A DNA stretch of 64,000 nt from an uncultured Actinomycetes bacterium (GTDB lineage: Bacteria > Actinomycetota > Acidimicrobiia > IMCC26256 > JANYLB01): NCBI GenBank assembly GCA_963829475.1, contig CAWHIU010000001.1, forward strand, positions 87,068-151,067, written 5' to 3'. The position numbers were made by a program, and so were the translations under genes. The notes below the pieces were generated by a model. The model was given only the letters and a program-made list of their open reading frames with translations. It ran no database searches and was not told the origin of the DNA. Within the stretch, counting starts at the first letter, position 1, and every line of letters starts with the position of its first letter. Shown here piece by piece: positions 38,244 through 54,690 of this stretch.

Positions 38244-38891
38244 TCATGCCCGCACCCCGCTCTTCACGGCGTTGCGGATGAACACCATGCTGCCGTTCGG
38301 ACCGGGGACCGACCCGCGCACGAGGATCAGGTTCCGCTCCGCGTCACCCTCGACGACGGTGAGGTTCAGCGTCGTCACCTTCTGGTGACCCATCTGGCCC
38401 GCCATGCGGGTGCCCTTGAACACCCGGGCCGGGGTGGCGCAGGCGCCGATCGCACCGGGAACGCGGTGGCTCTTGTGGTTCCCGTGGCTCGCGCCCTGGC
38501 CCTTGAAGTTGTGGCGCACCATCACGCCGGCGAAGCCCTTGCCCTTCGAGATGCCGGAGACGTCGACCCGCTCGCCCGCCTCGAACACGTCGGCCCGGAT
38601 CGTCTGGCCGACCTCGAAGCCCGAGAGGTCGACGACCCGGAGCTCGACGAGGTGTGCGGATGGTCCGACGCCGGCAGCCTCGAGATGACCGAGCTCGGGC
38701 TTGGACAGCCGACGAGCCTTGGCCTCACCGAAAGAAAGCTGCACCGCGGCGTAGCCATCACGTTCGGGCGTCTTGAGCTGCACCACGCGACAGGGCCCGG
38801 CCTGGATCACCGTGACCGGAACGATCCGGTTCTCGGAATCCCAGACCTGGGTCATGCCGAGCTTGCGCCCCAGGATGCCTTTCGCGGCCAT
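38244..38891 (-). CDS. rplC: 50S ribosomal protein L3
   Basis: [34 protein letters not shown]... Confidence 0.95.
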   Translation of the reverse strand: MAAKGILGRKLGMTQVWDSENRIVPVTVIQAGPCRVVQLKTPERDGYAAVQLSFGEAKARRLSKPELGHLEAAGVGPSAHLVELRVVDLSGFEVGQTIRADVFEAGERVDVSGISKGKGFAGVMVRHNFKGQGASHGNHKSHRVPGAIGACATPARVFKGTRMAGQMGHQKVTTLNLTVVEGDAERNLILVRGSVPGPNGSMVFIRNAVKSGVRA

Positions 38892-38916
38892 GCTGCTCCC
38901 GCTCTGTCTCACGCGA

Positions 38917-38949
38917 ACGCTCCGCAGGGAACTGATCCCGGCGGAGCGT
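38917..38949 (-). other. 9-bp stem hairpin about 25 nt upstream of the rplC start
   Basis: The arm acgctccgc pairs with gcggagcgt around a 15-nt loop. Confidence 0.45.
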
Positions 38950-39050
38950 CGATTCGGTTGTGCCGTGTGGTGCCTCGCCGGACCGCGGCAGAGGCCTGCA
39001 CGGACGTCAATTGGGGGTGGGAAGCGAAGAACGCCAACTCCCCGACGAAC

Positions 39051-39074
39051 CCGAGGAGCCTACAGGCTCCTCGG
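39051..39074 (-). terminator. perfect 10-bp/4-nt-loop hairpin 19 nt after the rpsJ stop (attenuator or terminator-like, inside the S10 operon)
   Basis: In the sense direction CCGAGGAGCC-TGTA-GGCTCCTCGG is followed by GTTCGTCGG. Confidence 0.5.
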
Positions 39075-39092
39075 CTGTTGCTCAACCCGGGG

Positions 39093-39419
39093 CTAAACCC
39101 CTTGGATCTTGATCTCGATGTCGACACCGGCCGGGAGGTCGAGGCGCTGGAGCGACTCGACCGTCTTGGTGGCGGGTTCGACGATGTCGAGCAGGCGCTT
39201 GTGGATGCGCATCTCGAAGTGCTCGCGGGAGTCCTTGTCGACGTGGGGACCCCGGACGACGCAGTACCGGTGGATCTCGGTCGGCAGCGGAACCGGGCCA
39301 CGCACCTGGGCGCCCGTACGCACGACCGTCTCGACGATCTTCTTCGTCGACTGGTCGATGACCTCGTGGTCGTACGCCTTCAGTCGGATCCGGATCTTCT
39401 GACCCTTTGCTTCAGCCAC
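39093..39419 (-). CDS. rpsJ: 30S ribosomal protein S10
   Basis: (M)[47 protein letters not shown]...; GTG start. Confidence 0.95.
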   Translation of the reverse strand: MAEAKGQKIRIRLKAYDHEVIDQSTKKIVETVVRTGAQVRGPVPLPTEIHRYCVVRGPHVDKDSREHFEMRIHKRLLDIVEPATKTVESLQRLDLPAGVDIEIKIQGV

Positions 39420-39435
39420 CGCTCTGCGTCCCGTC

Positions 39436-40625
39436 TCTACTTGAGGATCTTGGTGACGCGGCCGGCGCCCACGGTGCGGCCACCCTCACGGATCGCGAAC
39501 CGCAGGCCGTCTTCCATCGCGATCGGCTTGCCCAACTGGACGACCATCTCAGTGTTGTCGCCCGGCATCACCATCTCCGTACCCTCCGGCAAGGACAACC
39601 GTCCCCGTCACGTCCGTCGTCCGGAAATAGAACTGCGGGTGATAATTCGCGAAGAACGGAGTGTGGCGACCACCCTCCTCCTTCGTCAACACATACACCT
39701 GCGCCTCGAAATCCGTGTGCGGCGTGATCGACCCCGGCTTCGCGAGGACCTGACCCCGCTCCACATCTTCCTTCTTCGTACCCCGCAACAAGGCACCGAT
39801 GTTGTCACCCGCGCGGCCCTCATCCAGAAGCTTGCGGAACATCTCCACACCCGTACACGTCGTCTTCGTCGTATCCCGCAGACCGACGATCTCGACCTCT
39901 TCACCCGTCTTCACGATGCCCTGCTCGACCTTGCCGGTCACGACCGTCCCACGACCCGTGATCGTGAACACATCCTCGATCGGCATCAAGAACGGCTTCT
40001 CCAACTCCCGCACCGGCTCCGGGATGAACGCATCCACCGCATCCATCAACTCGACGACACCCGCCGCCGCAGCCTCATCACCCTCCAGCGCCTTCAACGC
40101 AGACACCCGAACGATCGGGGTGTCATCACCCGGGAACTCGTACTCGTTCAACAACTCACGAACCTCGAGCTCCACCAACTCGAGGAGCTCCTCATCATCG
40201 ACCTGATCAACCTTGTTCAACGCCACCACAATCGACGGAACCCCAACCTGACGAGCCAAGAGCACATGCTCACGCGTCTGCGGCATCGGACCATCCGTCG
40301 CCGCGACCACCAAAATCGCGCCATCCACCTGCGCGGCACCCGTGATCATGTTCTTGATGTAATCCGCATGCCCAGGCATATCCACATGCGCGTAATGCCG
40401 ATTCGCGGTCTCATACTCAACATGGGAGATATTGATCGTGATCCCCCGCGCCTTCTCCTCCGGCGCCTTATCGATCTGATCAAACGCCGTCGCCGTCACA
40501 TTCGCATCACGATCCGCCAACACCCGCGTGATCGCAGCCGTCAACGTCGTCTTCCCATGATCGATGTGACCCATCGTCCCAATATTCAAATGCGGCTTGT
40601 TCCGCTCGAACTTCGCCTTCGCCAT
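39436..40625 (-). pseudogene. tuf: elongation factor Tu, copy 1 (str-operon copy); 1-nt insertion near 39590 breaks the last ~50 codons as sequenced
   Basis: [31 protein letters not shown]... Compared with copy 2, ggcAAggac replaces ggcAggac. The restored frame ends KILK-TAG at 39436. Confidence 0.9.
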
Positions 40626-40748
40626 CTCTCATCGCTCCGTTCGCTGATCGGCGTGGCGGGCACGGTGTTCTCCGTGTGAACGCTCACTGCACATTCCGGA
40701 CGTACTCCTGGGTGGGACGTGTCGCGCGTCGTGGGGGTGGGGCTGAGA

Positions 40749-42851
<2,103 letters not shown>

Positions 42852-42904
42852 CGTCGTCTCTCTTCGTTCTTCTACGTGTCGTACATGTCAATGAGATTCT
42901 GTGT

Positions 42905-42921
42905 CCCACCCCACCCCACCC
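42905..42921 (-). other. canonical G-quadruplex motif on the sense strand of the rpsG-fusA spacer
   Basis: The minus strand reads GGGTGGGGTGGGGTGGG (four G3+ tracts with 1-nt loops), 54-70 nt upstream of the fusA ATG. Confidence 0.6.
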
Positions 42922-43086
42922 AAGACCGTGAGCGAGGCGGTGCGGCGGTGGGCGCCCAGTAGCGCTCGCAGGCCCGAGACCCGGCCCGGAGGGCCGACCC
43001 GAGCGCAGCGAGGGGAGCAGGGGCTCGGGCCGTCCGCGAGTGCCGGGCGCACGCCGTCGTGCCGCCGAGCGGACGCCGCCGATCGG

Positions 43087-43557
43087 CTACCAACGGTAGT
43101 GAGCGAATGCCTTGTTCGACTCGGCCATCTTCTGCAGGTCTTCTTTGCGCTTGATCGCGGCACCCAGCCCGTTGCTGGCATCCAACAGCTCGGCCGACAG
43201 ACGTTCGGCCATCGTCTTCTCGCGACGCTGGCGCGAGTAGCCGACGAGCCAGCGGATCGCGAGCGTGGTCGCGCGACGGGGGCGGACCTCCATCGGCACC
43301 TGGTAGGTGGCACCACCGACGCGACGGCTCTTGACCTCGAGCGCGGGACGCACGTTCTCGACCGCGCGCTTCAGCGTCGACACCGGCTCGGAACCGGTCT
43401 TGCGCTCGATGTCGGCGAGCGCGTCGTAGACGATGCTCTCGGCGACGGAGCGCTTGCCTTCTTGCAGCACCTTGTTCACGAGCTGCGTGACGACGACCGA
43501 CCGGTGAACCGGGTCGGGCATGAGATCACGTCGGGGGGCGGGACCCTTGCGAGGCAT
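43087..43557 (-). CDS. rpsG: 30S ribosomal protein S7
   Basis: [40 protein letters not shown]...AFAHYRW. Confidence 0.95.
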   Translation of the reverse strand: MPRKGPAPRRDLMPDPVHRSVVVTQLVNKVLQEGKRSVAESIVYDALADIERKTGSEPVSTLKRAVENVRPALEVKSRRVGGATYQVPMEVRPRRATTLAIRWLVGYSRQRREKTMAERLSAELLDASNGLGAAIKRKEDLQKMAESNKAFAHYRW

Positions 43558-43559
43558 TG

Positions 43560-43929
43560 CTAACCCTTCTTCGCGCCGTAGCGGCTGCGCGCCTGCTTGC
43601 GATCGGCGACCCCACTCGCGTCGAGCGCACCGCGGACGATCTTGTAGCGAACACCTGGGAGGTCCTTCACCCGGCCGCCACGCACGAGCACGATCGAGTG
43701 CTCCTGGAGGTTGTGGCCGATGCCCGGGATGTACGCCGTGACCTCGACGCCCGTGGTGAGGCGGACGCCGCGCGACCTTGCGGAGCGCGGAGTTCGGCTT
43801 CTTCGGGGTGTGGGTGAAGACGCGCGTGCAGACACCACGGCGCTGCGGCGAACTCTTCAGCGCCGGGGTCTTCGACTTCTCGGTCTTGCTCTTGCGGCCC
43901 TTGCGGACCAGCTGGGCGATCGTCGGCAC
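43560..43929 (-). pseudogene. rpsL: 30S ribosomal protein S12, one frame break near 43770 as sequenced (probably a sequence error)
   Basis: (M)[53 protein letters not shown] continues in another frame as [46 protein letters not shown]... Confidence 0.9.
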
Positions 43930-43960
43930 AACGCTCCTAGACGTTCACTTCGGGTGTTTC

Positions 43961-43990
43961 AGGATAGGGATCTCGCGGTACGCGGGCAAA
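43961..43990 (-). promoter_or_regulatory. candidate promoter of the rpsL-rpsG-fusA-tuf operon
   Basis: On the minus strand TTTGCC-N18-TATCCT lies directly after the rpoC stop, about 30 nt upstream of the rpsL GTG (SD AGGAGC). Confidence 0.4.
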
Positions 43991-43994
43991 CGGA

Positions 43995-46900
43995 TCAGGC
44001 TTCTTCACCTGCGGCGACGTCGGGGAGGACGACCGGCTCGGGAGCCCCTTCCACCTCCGCGACCGCAGCCGCGGGCTCGTCGGTACCACCGAACGAAGCG
44101 GTGAACGCACCCGTCTCCCCACCGCTCCCGCTGGCGAGAAACGCCGGGAGATCGGTGCTCGACGACTGCCGCGACGCGCTGGCGGCGAGCCACTCGGCGA
44201 TGTCGGCATCGTCGCCGACCTCGCTCGAGTAGAAGGGAAGCGGCTCGTAGTCGGGGGCCTCGGTGCGGATCTCGCGGTAGCGGGGCATCCCGGTACCGGC
44301 GGGGATCAGCTTGCCGATGATCACGTTCTCCTTGAGACCCTCGAGGCCGTCCTTCTTGCCCTCGATGGCCGCCTCGGTGAGGACGCGGGTGGTCTCCTGG
44401 AACGACGCCGCCGACAACCACGAGTCGGTGGCCAGCGATGCCTTCGTGATCCCCATCAGCTCGGGGCGACCCTCGGCCGGCTGCTTGCCAGCCTCCACGA
44501 GGCGACGGTTCGTCTCGGCGTAGAGCCGGGCGTCCTTCTTCTCGCCCGGCAGGAACTCCGAGTCACCCGACTCCGACACGGCGACGCGTCGGAGCATCTG
44601 ACGGATGATGACCTCGACGTGCTTGTCGTGGATCGACACGCCCTGTTCCCGGTAGACCTTCTGCACCTCGTCGACGAGGTACTGCTGGGTCTCACGGATG
44701 CCCTTGATCTCGAGCACCTTCTTCGGGTCGAGCGGGGTCTCGACATCGCCGACCAGACGGTCGCCGGCCGAGACCTCGTCGCCGTCGGTCACGTTGAGCT
44801 TCTGGCGCCACAGGACGATGTGCACCTCTTCGGTGCCGTCGTCGGCCACGATCGTGACCGTCCGCTCGCCCTTCTCGTTCTCGCCGACCCGGATCACACC
44901 GGAGCTCTCGGCGAGGGTCGAGGCGCCCTTCGGGGTGCGCGCCTCGAACAGCTCGACGACACGCGGCAGACCGTGGGTGATGTCCTCACCTGCCACACCA
45001 CCGGTGTGGAAGGTCCGCATGGTGAGCTGGGTTCCCGGCTCACCGATCGACTGGGCCGCGATGATCCCGACGGCCTCACCCATGTCGACGGCCTTGCCCG
45101 TGGCGAGCATCATCCCGTAGCACGACCCGCAGACACCCGAGAGGGAGTCGCAGGTGAGCGTGGAACGAACCCGGACCTGGGTGACGTCTTCGTCGGACGC
45201 GAGCTGGTCGAGCACGGTCTCGGTGCAGAGGGTGTTGCGGGCCAGGATCGATCCGTCGGCCAGCTCGACGTCGTCGAGCAGGCACCGGCCGAGCAGCCGG
45301 GTCTCCAGGAGACGACGGCTCTCGGCGTCGTCGAGGATGTCGTGCACCCAGATGCCGCGTCGGGCGCCGCAGTCTTCCTCGCGGACGATGATCTCCTGCG
45401 CGACGTCGACGAGTCGACGGGTCAGGTAGCCGGAGTCGGCGGTACGCAACGCGGTGTCGGCAAGACCCTTCCTCGCACCGTGGGTCGAGATGAAGTACTC
45501 GAGCACGGAGAGGCCTTCCCGGAAGTTCGACCGGATCGGCCGCGGGATGATCTCACCACGCGGGTTGGCGACGAGACCGCGCATACCGGCGATCTGACGC
45601 ACCTGCATGACGTTGCCTCGGGCACCCGACCCCACCATCATCTCGATGGGGTTGAAGAAGTTCTGGCTCATCTCGGCCGTCATGGCGTCGGTGACCTGCT
45701 GGGTCGCCTCCGTCCAGATCTCGATCTCCTTCTGGCGGCGCTCGTCGTCGGTGATGATGCCCCGGTCGTACTGCTGCTCGACCTTCTCGGCCTCACGCTC
45801 GTGGGCCTCGATGATCTCCGGCTTCGCGTCGGGGGTCTTCACGTCGGCGATCGAGATGGTCACACCGGCGCGCGACGAGTACTCGAACCCGAGGTCCTTG
45901 AGCTTGTCGAGGCTCACGGCCACGATCGCACGCGGGTACTTGTCGACCAGCTTCTGGACGACCTCGGTGACCTCGCGCTTCTTGACGATCCGGTCCTCGA
46001 ACGGGAAGTCGGGCGGGAACGCCTCGTTGAAGAGGAACCGACCGAGCGTCGTCTCGACCAGAGCCGAGCCGGTGTCGTTGGTGTCGGCGCCGTTGGAACC
46101 CTGACGTCGCAGCACCGGGGAATCACCCGCGTTGGGGTTCGCGACCCAGGCACCGTCGGACTCGTTCCAGATCAGCTGCGACGGGAACTGCTCCTCGGGG
46201 AAACGCCCGAGCGGCATGCGCACCTTGATCTTGGCGTGCAACGACAGGCCCTGCGACGCGGAGCCGGGGAGCGAGGTGTCGAGGTCGGGGTCGGCGTCCC
46301 AGCCGCGCTCCTCGTACGCCGCGCGAGCTTCCTCGAGCGACGAGAACGCGCGTCCTTCACCGGGGGCACCTTCGCTGTGCACGGTGAGGTAGTACGCACC
46401 GATGATCTGGTCCTGGTTCGGGACCGTGATCGGACGACCGTGGGCCGGCGACAAGATGTTGTGCGCCGACAGCATGAGCAGTCGAGCCTCGGCCTGCGCC
46501 TCCGACGAGAGCGGGAGGTGGACGGCCATCTGGTCACCGTCGAAGTCGGCGTTGAACGCGGTGCAGACGAGCGGGTGGATCTGGATCGCCTTGCCCTCGA
46601 CGAGCACGGGCTCGAACGCCTGGATGCCGAGACGGTGCAACGTTGGGGCCCGGTTCAGGAACACCGGGTGCTCCTTGATGACCTCTTCGAGCACGTCCCA
46701 CACCTGCGGGCGCGCGCGCTCGACCATGCGCTTCGCCGACTTGATGTTCTGCGCGTACTCGAGGTCGACGAGCCGCTTCATCACGAAGGGCTTGAACAGC
46801 TCGAGCGCCATCTGCTTCGGCAGACCGCACTGCTGGAGCTTGAGCTTCGGGCCGACGACGATCACCGAACGGCCGGAGTAGTCGACGCGCTTGCCGAGCA

Positions 46901-48164
46901 GGTTCTGACGGAACCGACCCTGCTTGCCCTTCAGCATGTCGGAGAGCGACTTGAGCGCGCGGTTGCCCGGACCGGTGACCGGACGGCCACGACGACCGTT
47001 GTCGAACAGCGCGTCGACGGCCTCCTGCAGCATCCGCTTCTCGTTGTTGATGATGATCTCGGGGGCACCGAGGTCGAGGAGGCGCTTCAACCGGTTGTTG
47101 CGGTTGATGACCCGGCGGTAGAGGTCGTTGAGGTCGGAGGTGGCGAAGCGGCCACCGTCGAGCTGGACCATCGGGCGCAGGTCGGGCGGGATGACCGGGA
47201 CGGCGTCGAGCACCATGCCCATCGGCTCGTTGATGAGCGTGCCGTCTTCGCGCTTGTTGAAGGCCGAGATCACCTTCAGGCGCTTGATGGCCTTGGCCTT
47301 GCGCTGACCCTTGGCGGTGGCGATGACCTCCTTCAGCTCCTCTTCCTCACCCTCGAGGTCGAGACGCGTGATGAGGTCCTTCACCGCTTCGGCACCCATG
47401 CCGCCGCTGAAGTACTCGGTGTAGCGGTCCTGCAGCTCGCGCCAGACGCGCTCGTCGTCGACGAGCTCCTTGCGCTTCAGCGTGCGGAACGTGTCCCACA
47501 CCGTCTTGGTGAAGTCGATCTCGAGCTGCGCGCGCTCGCGCATCTCCTCGATCTCCTTCTCGGAGCCCTTGCGGAGCTTGTTCAGCTCGGCATCCTTGGC
47601 GCCCCGACCCTCGGCCTCGGCGAGCTCGCCCTCGAGCGCCTGGAACTTGGCCTCGATGCGGAGGTCGCGCTCACGCTCGAGATCGTCGATCTCGGCGCGG
47701 ATGTCGGCCTCGAGCGTCGCGAGGTCGGTGTGGCGCTTCTCCTCGTCGATCCAGGTGATCAGGTGCGCGGCGAAGTAGATGACCTTCTCGAGGCTCTTCG
47801 GAGCGATGTCGAGCAGGTACCCCAACCGGCTCGGAACGCCCTTGAAGTACCAGATGTGGGTGACCGGAGCGGCGAGCTCGATGTGGCCCATGCGCTCACG
47901 ACGGACCTTGGAGCGCGTGACCTCGACGCCACAGCGCTCGCAGATGATCCCCTTGAAGCGCACGCGCTTGTACTTGCCGCAGTAGCACTCCCAGTCCTTC
48001 GTCGGACCGAAGATCTTCTCGCAGAAGAGCCCGTCCTTCTCCGGCTTGAGCGTGCGGTAGTTGATCGTCTCGGGCTTCTTGACCTCTCCGTTCGACCACG
48101 TGCGGATCTGGTCCGCGGTCGCGAGCGAGATGGAGAGGCGGTCGGAATCGTTGACGTCGAGCAC
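43995..48164 (-). CDS. rpoC: DNA-directed RNA polymerase beta' subunit
   Basis: 1389 aa, intact. It has [32 protein letters not shown] and an acidic C-terminal tail. Confidence 0.97.
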   Translation of the reverse strand: MLDVNDSDRLSISLATADQIRTWSNGEVKKPETINYRTLKPEKDGLFCEKIFGPTKDWECYCGKYKRVRFKGIICERCGVEVTRSKVRRERMGHIELAAPVTHIWYFKGVPSRLGYLLDIAPKSLEKVIYFAAHLITWIDEEKRHTDLATLEADIRAEIDDLERERDLRIEAKFQALEGELAEAEGRGAKDAELNKLRKGSEKEIEEMRERAQLEIDFTKTVWDTFRTLKRKELVDDERVWRELQDRYTEYFSGGMGAEAVKDLITRLDLEGEEEELKEVIATAKGQRKAKAIKRLKVISAFNKREDGTLINEPMGMVLDAVPVIPPDLRPMVQLDGGRFATSDLNDLYRRVINRNNRLKRLLDLGAPEIIINNEKRMLQEAVDALFDNGRRGRPVTGPGNRALKSLSDMLKGKQGRFRQNLLGKRVDYSGRSVIVVGPKLKLQQCGLPKQMALELFKPFVMKRLVDLEYAQNIKSAKRMVERARPQVWDVLEEVIKEHPVFLNRAPTLHRLGIQAFEPVLVEGKAIQIHPLVCTAFNADFDGDQMAVHLPLSSEAQAEARLLMLSAHNILSPAHGRPITVPNQDQIIGAYYLTVHSEGAPGEGRAFSSLEEARAAYEERGWDADPDLDTSLPGSASQGLSLHAKIKVRMPLGRFPEEQFPSQLIWNESDGAWVANPNAGDSPVLRRQGSNGADTNDTGSALVETTLGRFLFNEAFPPDFPFEDRIVKKREVTEVVQKLVDKYPRAIVAVSLDKLKDLGFEYSSRAGVTISIADVKTPDAKPEIIEAHEREAEKVEQQYDRGIITDDERRQKEIEIWTEATQQVTDAMTAEMSQNFFNPIEMMVGSGARGNVMQVRQIAGMRGLVANPRGEIIPRPIRSNFREGLSVLEYFISTHGARKGLADTALRTADSGYLTRRLVDVAQEIIVREEDCGARRGIWVHDILDDAESRRLLETRLLGRCLLDDVELADGSILARNTLCTETVLDQLASDEDVTQVRVRSTLTCDSLSGVCGSCYGMMLATGKAVDMGEAVGIIAAQSIGEPGTQLTMRTFHTGGVAGEDITHGLPRVVELFEARTPKGASTLAESSGVIRVGENEKGERTVTIVADDGTEEVHIVLWRQKLNVTDGDEVSAGDRLVGDVETPLDPKKVLEIKGIRETQQYLVDEVQKVYREQGVSIHDKHVEVIIRQMLRRVAVSESGDSEFLPGEKKDARLYAETNRRLVEAGKQPAEGRPELMGITKASLATDSWLSAASFQETTRVLTEAAIEGKKDGLEGLKENVIIGKLIPAGTGMPRYREIRTEAPDYEPLPFYSSEVGDDADIAEWLAASASRQSSSTDLPAFLASGSGGETGAFTASFGGTDEPAAAVAEVEGAPEPVVLPDVAAGEEA

Positions 48165-48230
48165 AGACGCCTGCTTTCTTCTCTACGTGCTGGCTGCTGG
48201 GGTGGCGCGGTGGAGCTCCGTGCAGATGCG

Positions 48231-51704
<3,474 letters not shown>

Positions 51705-51919
51705 TCCTTCACAGGGAAGAGAATTGCGCCCAGGACCTGGACACGGGGGTGGGGCTCCGGAAGGCGCGGCTCAGAACCGAACGGTTCGAGCGCGCGCGGA
51801 CCAGGGCCAGGGATTTCAGCAAGAGGCGGAGCGGGCAGACACGGCTCTCGCAAGAGTAGCCGCGTCGACCCGCCGACGCAACGAGGCGTCGGCGGCCAGG
51901 CACCCTTGGGCGCCCCGGG

Positions 51920-51948
51920 AGGATACGACGCCCCCTCCCGGGGGTCAA
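51920..51948 (-). promoter_or_regulatory. candidate rpoBC promoter overlapped by a 9-bp inverted repeat
   Basis: On the minus strand the promoter reads TTGACC-N17-TATCCT. The inverted repeat CCCGGGAGG...CCTCCCGGG (51914-51942) spans the spacer and the -10. Confidence 0.45.
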
Positions 51949-51960
51949 GGATGTGCCTGT

Positions 51961-51988
51961 GGACCACGCTCCGCTTCGAGCGTGGTCC
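51961..51988 (-). terminator. hairpin directly after rplL (rplL-rpoB attenuator/terminator-like)
   Basis: The arm ggaccacgctc pairs with gagcgtggtcc (11 bp) around a 6-nt loop, 4 nt after the rplL stop. Confidence 0.55.
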
Positions 51989-51992
51989 CGTG

Positions 51993-52379
51993 CTACTTGA
52001 GCTCGACGGTGGCGCCGGCGCCCTCGAGGGCCGCCTTCGCCTTCTCCGCGTCTTCCTTGCCGACCTTCTCGAGCACGGGCTTCGGTGCCCCGTCGACCAG
52101 GTCCTTCGCTTCCTTCAGCCCGAGGCTGGTGAGGCCGCGAACTTCCTTGATGACCTGGATCTTCTTGTCGCCCGCGGCGGTGAGGATGACGTCGAACTCG
52201 TCCTTCTCCTCGGCCGGAGCGGCAGCCTCGCCGCCGCCGCCACCGACTGCGGCGACCGCGACGGGAGCCGCGGCGGTCACACCGAACTCCTCCTCGAAGG
52301 CCTTCAGGAACTCGTTCAGCTCGAGGACCGTCATGTTCTTGAAGACGTCCAGCAGCTCGGTCGTGCTCGGGGTAGCCAT
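51993..52379 (-). CDS. rplL: 50S ribosomal protein L7/L12
   Basis: ...[19 protein letters not shown]...[56 protein letters not shown]. Confidence 0.95.
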   Translation of the reverse strand: MATPSTTELLDVFKNMTVLELNEFLKAFEEEFGVTAAAPVAVAAVGGGGGEAAAPAEEKDEFDVILTAAGDKKIQVIKEVRGLTSLGLKEAKDLVDGAPKPVLEKVGKEDAEKAKAALEGAGATVELK

Positions 52380-53083
52380 TACTCGCTCTCTTTCTCTGTC
52401 TCTGCGACTTCGGGTTCGGGTTCGGGTTCGGGTTCGGGAGATTCGGTGGGCGCTTCGCCGGCGTCGGCTGCCGGCGCTTCGGCTGCCGGCGCTTCGCCCT
52501 CGGCGGCGGGAGTCTCGGCTTCAGCGGATGGGGCCTCGGGCTCGTCGGCCGGGAGGGCCTCACCACCTTCAACCCGCTGATCCACGTACGCCTTGATGCC
52601 GTAGGCGAAGTTCCGGGTGAAGGCCTGGAACAGTCCGGCGGCCTTGACGAGCGGGGCCTGGAAACCGCCGGCGAGACGCGCCAGCAGGACCTCTCGGGGC
52701 TGTACGTCGGCGAGGGCCTTGACCTCGCTCGCGTCGAGCACGTTCTCGCCGAGGATCCCACCCTTGACGACGAGCGCCGGGTTGTCCTTGGCGAAGTCGC
52801 GTAGGGCCTTCGCCGCTATGACCGCGTCGCCGTGCACGAACGCGATGGCGACCGGGCCCTCGAGCATCGGGACGAGCTCACCCAGGCCCGCGGCCTCGGC
52901 GCCCCGTCGGGCGAGGGTGTTCTTGAAGACCTTGTACTCGGCGCCGGCCGGGCGCAGCGACGCACGCAGCGACGCGAGCTCGCCGACGGTCAGACCGCGA
53001 TATTCGGTGAGCACCGCGGCGTCGGCATCGGTCAGCTTGGCGCTGATCTCGTCGACGACGGCGGACTTCTCGGGACGGGCCAC
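52379..53083 (-). CDS. rplJ: 50S ribosomal protein L10 with an acidic Pro/Glu/Ala-rich C-terminal extension
   Basis: (M)[39 protein letters not shown]... The tail reads ...[56 protein letters not shown]. The TAA overlaps the rplL ATG. Confidence 0.9.
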   Translation of the reverse strand: MARPEKSAVVDEISAKLTDADAAVLTEYRGLTVGELASLRASLRPAGAEYKVFKNTLARRGAEAAGLGELVPMLEGPVAIAFVHGDAVIAAKALRDFAKDNPALVVKGGILGENVLDASEVKALADVQPREVLLARLAGGFQAPLVKAAGLFQAFTRNFAYGIKAYVDQRVEGGEALPADEPEAPSAEAETPAAEGEAPAAEAPAADAGEAPTESPEPEPEPEPEVAETEKESE

Positions 53084-53421
53084 GCGTGACTCCTCTACGA
53101 CCAGTGCGTGTGGGGCGATCCGGGCACCTCGGCCTCACGGCAGACGAGGACACCCGAACCCCAGCCGATGGATCCGGCGTCTGGGAGCGGAGTCACCTCG
53201 TCCGGCCGGGCGGCAAGCCGCCTGATTACCCCGGGTGACGACCCGGGACCGGAGGTCTTCGGTGCATGGAACACTTCGATGCTTGGAACGACGTGCGGAC
53301 GGAGATGGTAGTCGGACGGCCATGACGCAGTCACGCCGGCCGATTCGGAGACCCGTGCCGACGTTTGTCGATCCAGCCGCGCCGAGCGCGACGAGGCCTA
53401 CAAACGTCGAGGGTCGGTTGA
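53084..53421 (-). promoter_or_regulatory. 338-nt rplA-rplJ spacer; candidate rplJL promoter plus L10-type leader, with a 10-bp long-range stem at 53359-53409
   Basis: Evidence is length and position only. CGACGTTTGT...ACAAACGTCG encloses a GC-rich inner hairpin just after the rplA stop. I could not match it to the L10 leader consensus by eye. Confidence 0.3.
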
Positions 53422-54117
53422 TCAGGGAGCTTCGGAGGCGGTGTCGACCTTGACGCCGGGACCCATGGTCGACGAGACCGTGATGCCCTTGAGGTAACGA
53501 CCCTTGGCCGACGCGGGCTTGGCCCGCTGCAGCTCGTCGAACACGGCGTTGTAGTTCTCGAGCAGAGCGGCGGGCTCGAAGCTCGCCTTGCCGATCGGGA
53601 CCTGGACGTTTCCGTTGCGGTCGGTGCGGTACTCGACCTTGCCCGCCTTGAACTCGGCGACGGCCTTCGCGATGTCGGGTGTGACGGTGCCGGTCTTCGG
53701 GTTCGGCATCAGACCACGCGGACCGAGCACGCGGCCGAGCTTGCCGACCTGGGCCATGAGATCCGGCGTGGCGATCGCGATGTCGAAGTCGAGGAAGCCG
53801 CCCTCGACCCGCGCGACGAGCTCCTCTGCACCGACGACGTCGGCGCCGGCCTCTTCCGCGGCGCGGGCGGCATCACCCTGGGCGAACGCGGCCACCCGTA
53901 CGGTCTTGCCGGTGCCGTTCGGCAAGGAAACGGTGCCGCGCAGCATCTGGTCGGCCTTGCGGGGATCGACGCCGAGGCGGAACGCCGCTTCGACCGTCTC
54001 GTCGAAGTTGCGGGTTGCCAGCGACTTCACGAGGTCGAGGGCCTCGGACGCGCCGTGCAGCTTCTCGCGGTCGAACCGTCGGGTTGCGTCGAGGTACTTC
54101 TTGCCGTGCGGTGCCAT
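53422..54117 (-). CDS. rplA: 50S ribosomal protein L1
   Basis: [71 protein letters not shown]... Confidence 0.95.
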   Translation of the reverse strand: MAPHGKKYLDATRRFDREKLHGASEALDLVKSLATRNFDETVEAAFRLGVDPRKADQMLRGTVSLPNGTGKTVRVAAFAQGDAARAAEEAGADVVGAEELVARVEGGFLDFDIAIATPDLMAQVGKLGRVLGPRGLMPNPKTGTVTPDIAKAVAEFKAGKVEYRTDRNGNVQVPIGKASFEPAALLENYNAVFDELQRAKPASAKGRYLKGITVSSTMGPGVKVDTASEAP

Positions 54118-54205
54118 CGGAGCTCCTTCGCCTCATCGGCTCCCTCGGGGTCCCGGGTCCGGCGGCGAGGTCGTCCGCCGGGGGTTGTAGCAAAGAACGG
54201 GTGGG

Positions 54206-54634
54206 CTAGCCGGTGACGGTGATGCCCATGGAACGGGCGGTCCCCTCGACCTGGGCCATGGCCCCTTCGATGTCGATCGCGTTCAAGTCGGGCATCTTCG
54301 TCTCCGCGATCTTCTTGACCTGGTCGCGGGTGACGGAACCGACCTTGTCACGCAGGGGGTTGCCCGAGCCCTTCTCGAGGCCGGCCGCTTCGCGCAGCAG
54401 GAACGGGGTCGGCGGCGTCTTGGTGACGAATGTGAACGACCGGTCTTCGTAGACCGAGATCTCGACCGGCACGATCTGACCGCGCTGGGCCTCGGTCGCC
54501 GCGTTGTAGGCCTTGCAGAAGTCCATGATGTTCAGACCGTGCGGACCGAGGGCGGTACCGACGGGCGGCGCGGGCGTCGCCTGACCGGCCGGGATCTGGA
54601 TCTTCACGATCGCCGCGAGCTTCTTCTTTGCCAT
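54206..54634 (-). CDS. rplK: 50S ribosomal protein L11
   Basis: [45 protein letters not shown]... Confidence 0.95.
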   Translation of the reverse strand: MAKKKLAAIVKIQIPAGQATPAPPVGTALGPHGLNIMDFCKAYNAATEAQRGQIVPVEISVYEDRSFTFVTKTPPTPFLLREAAGLEKGSGNPLRDKVGSVTRDQVKKIAETKMPDLNAIDIEGAMAQVEGTARSMGITVTG

Positions 54635-54690
54635 TGCGCGTGCTCTTTCCGTTTGTGTCTGGCGCGCACGGTTGGCGCGCGCCGAGGGTC

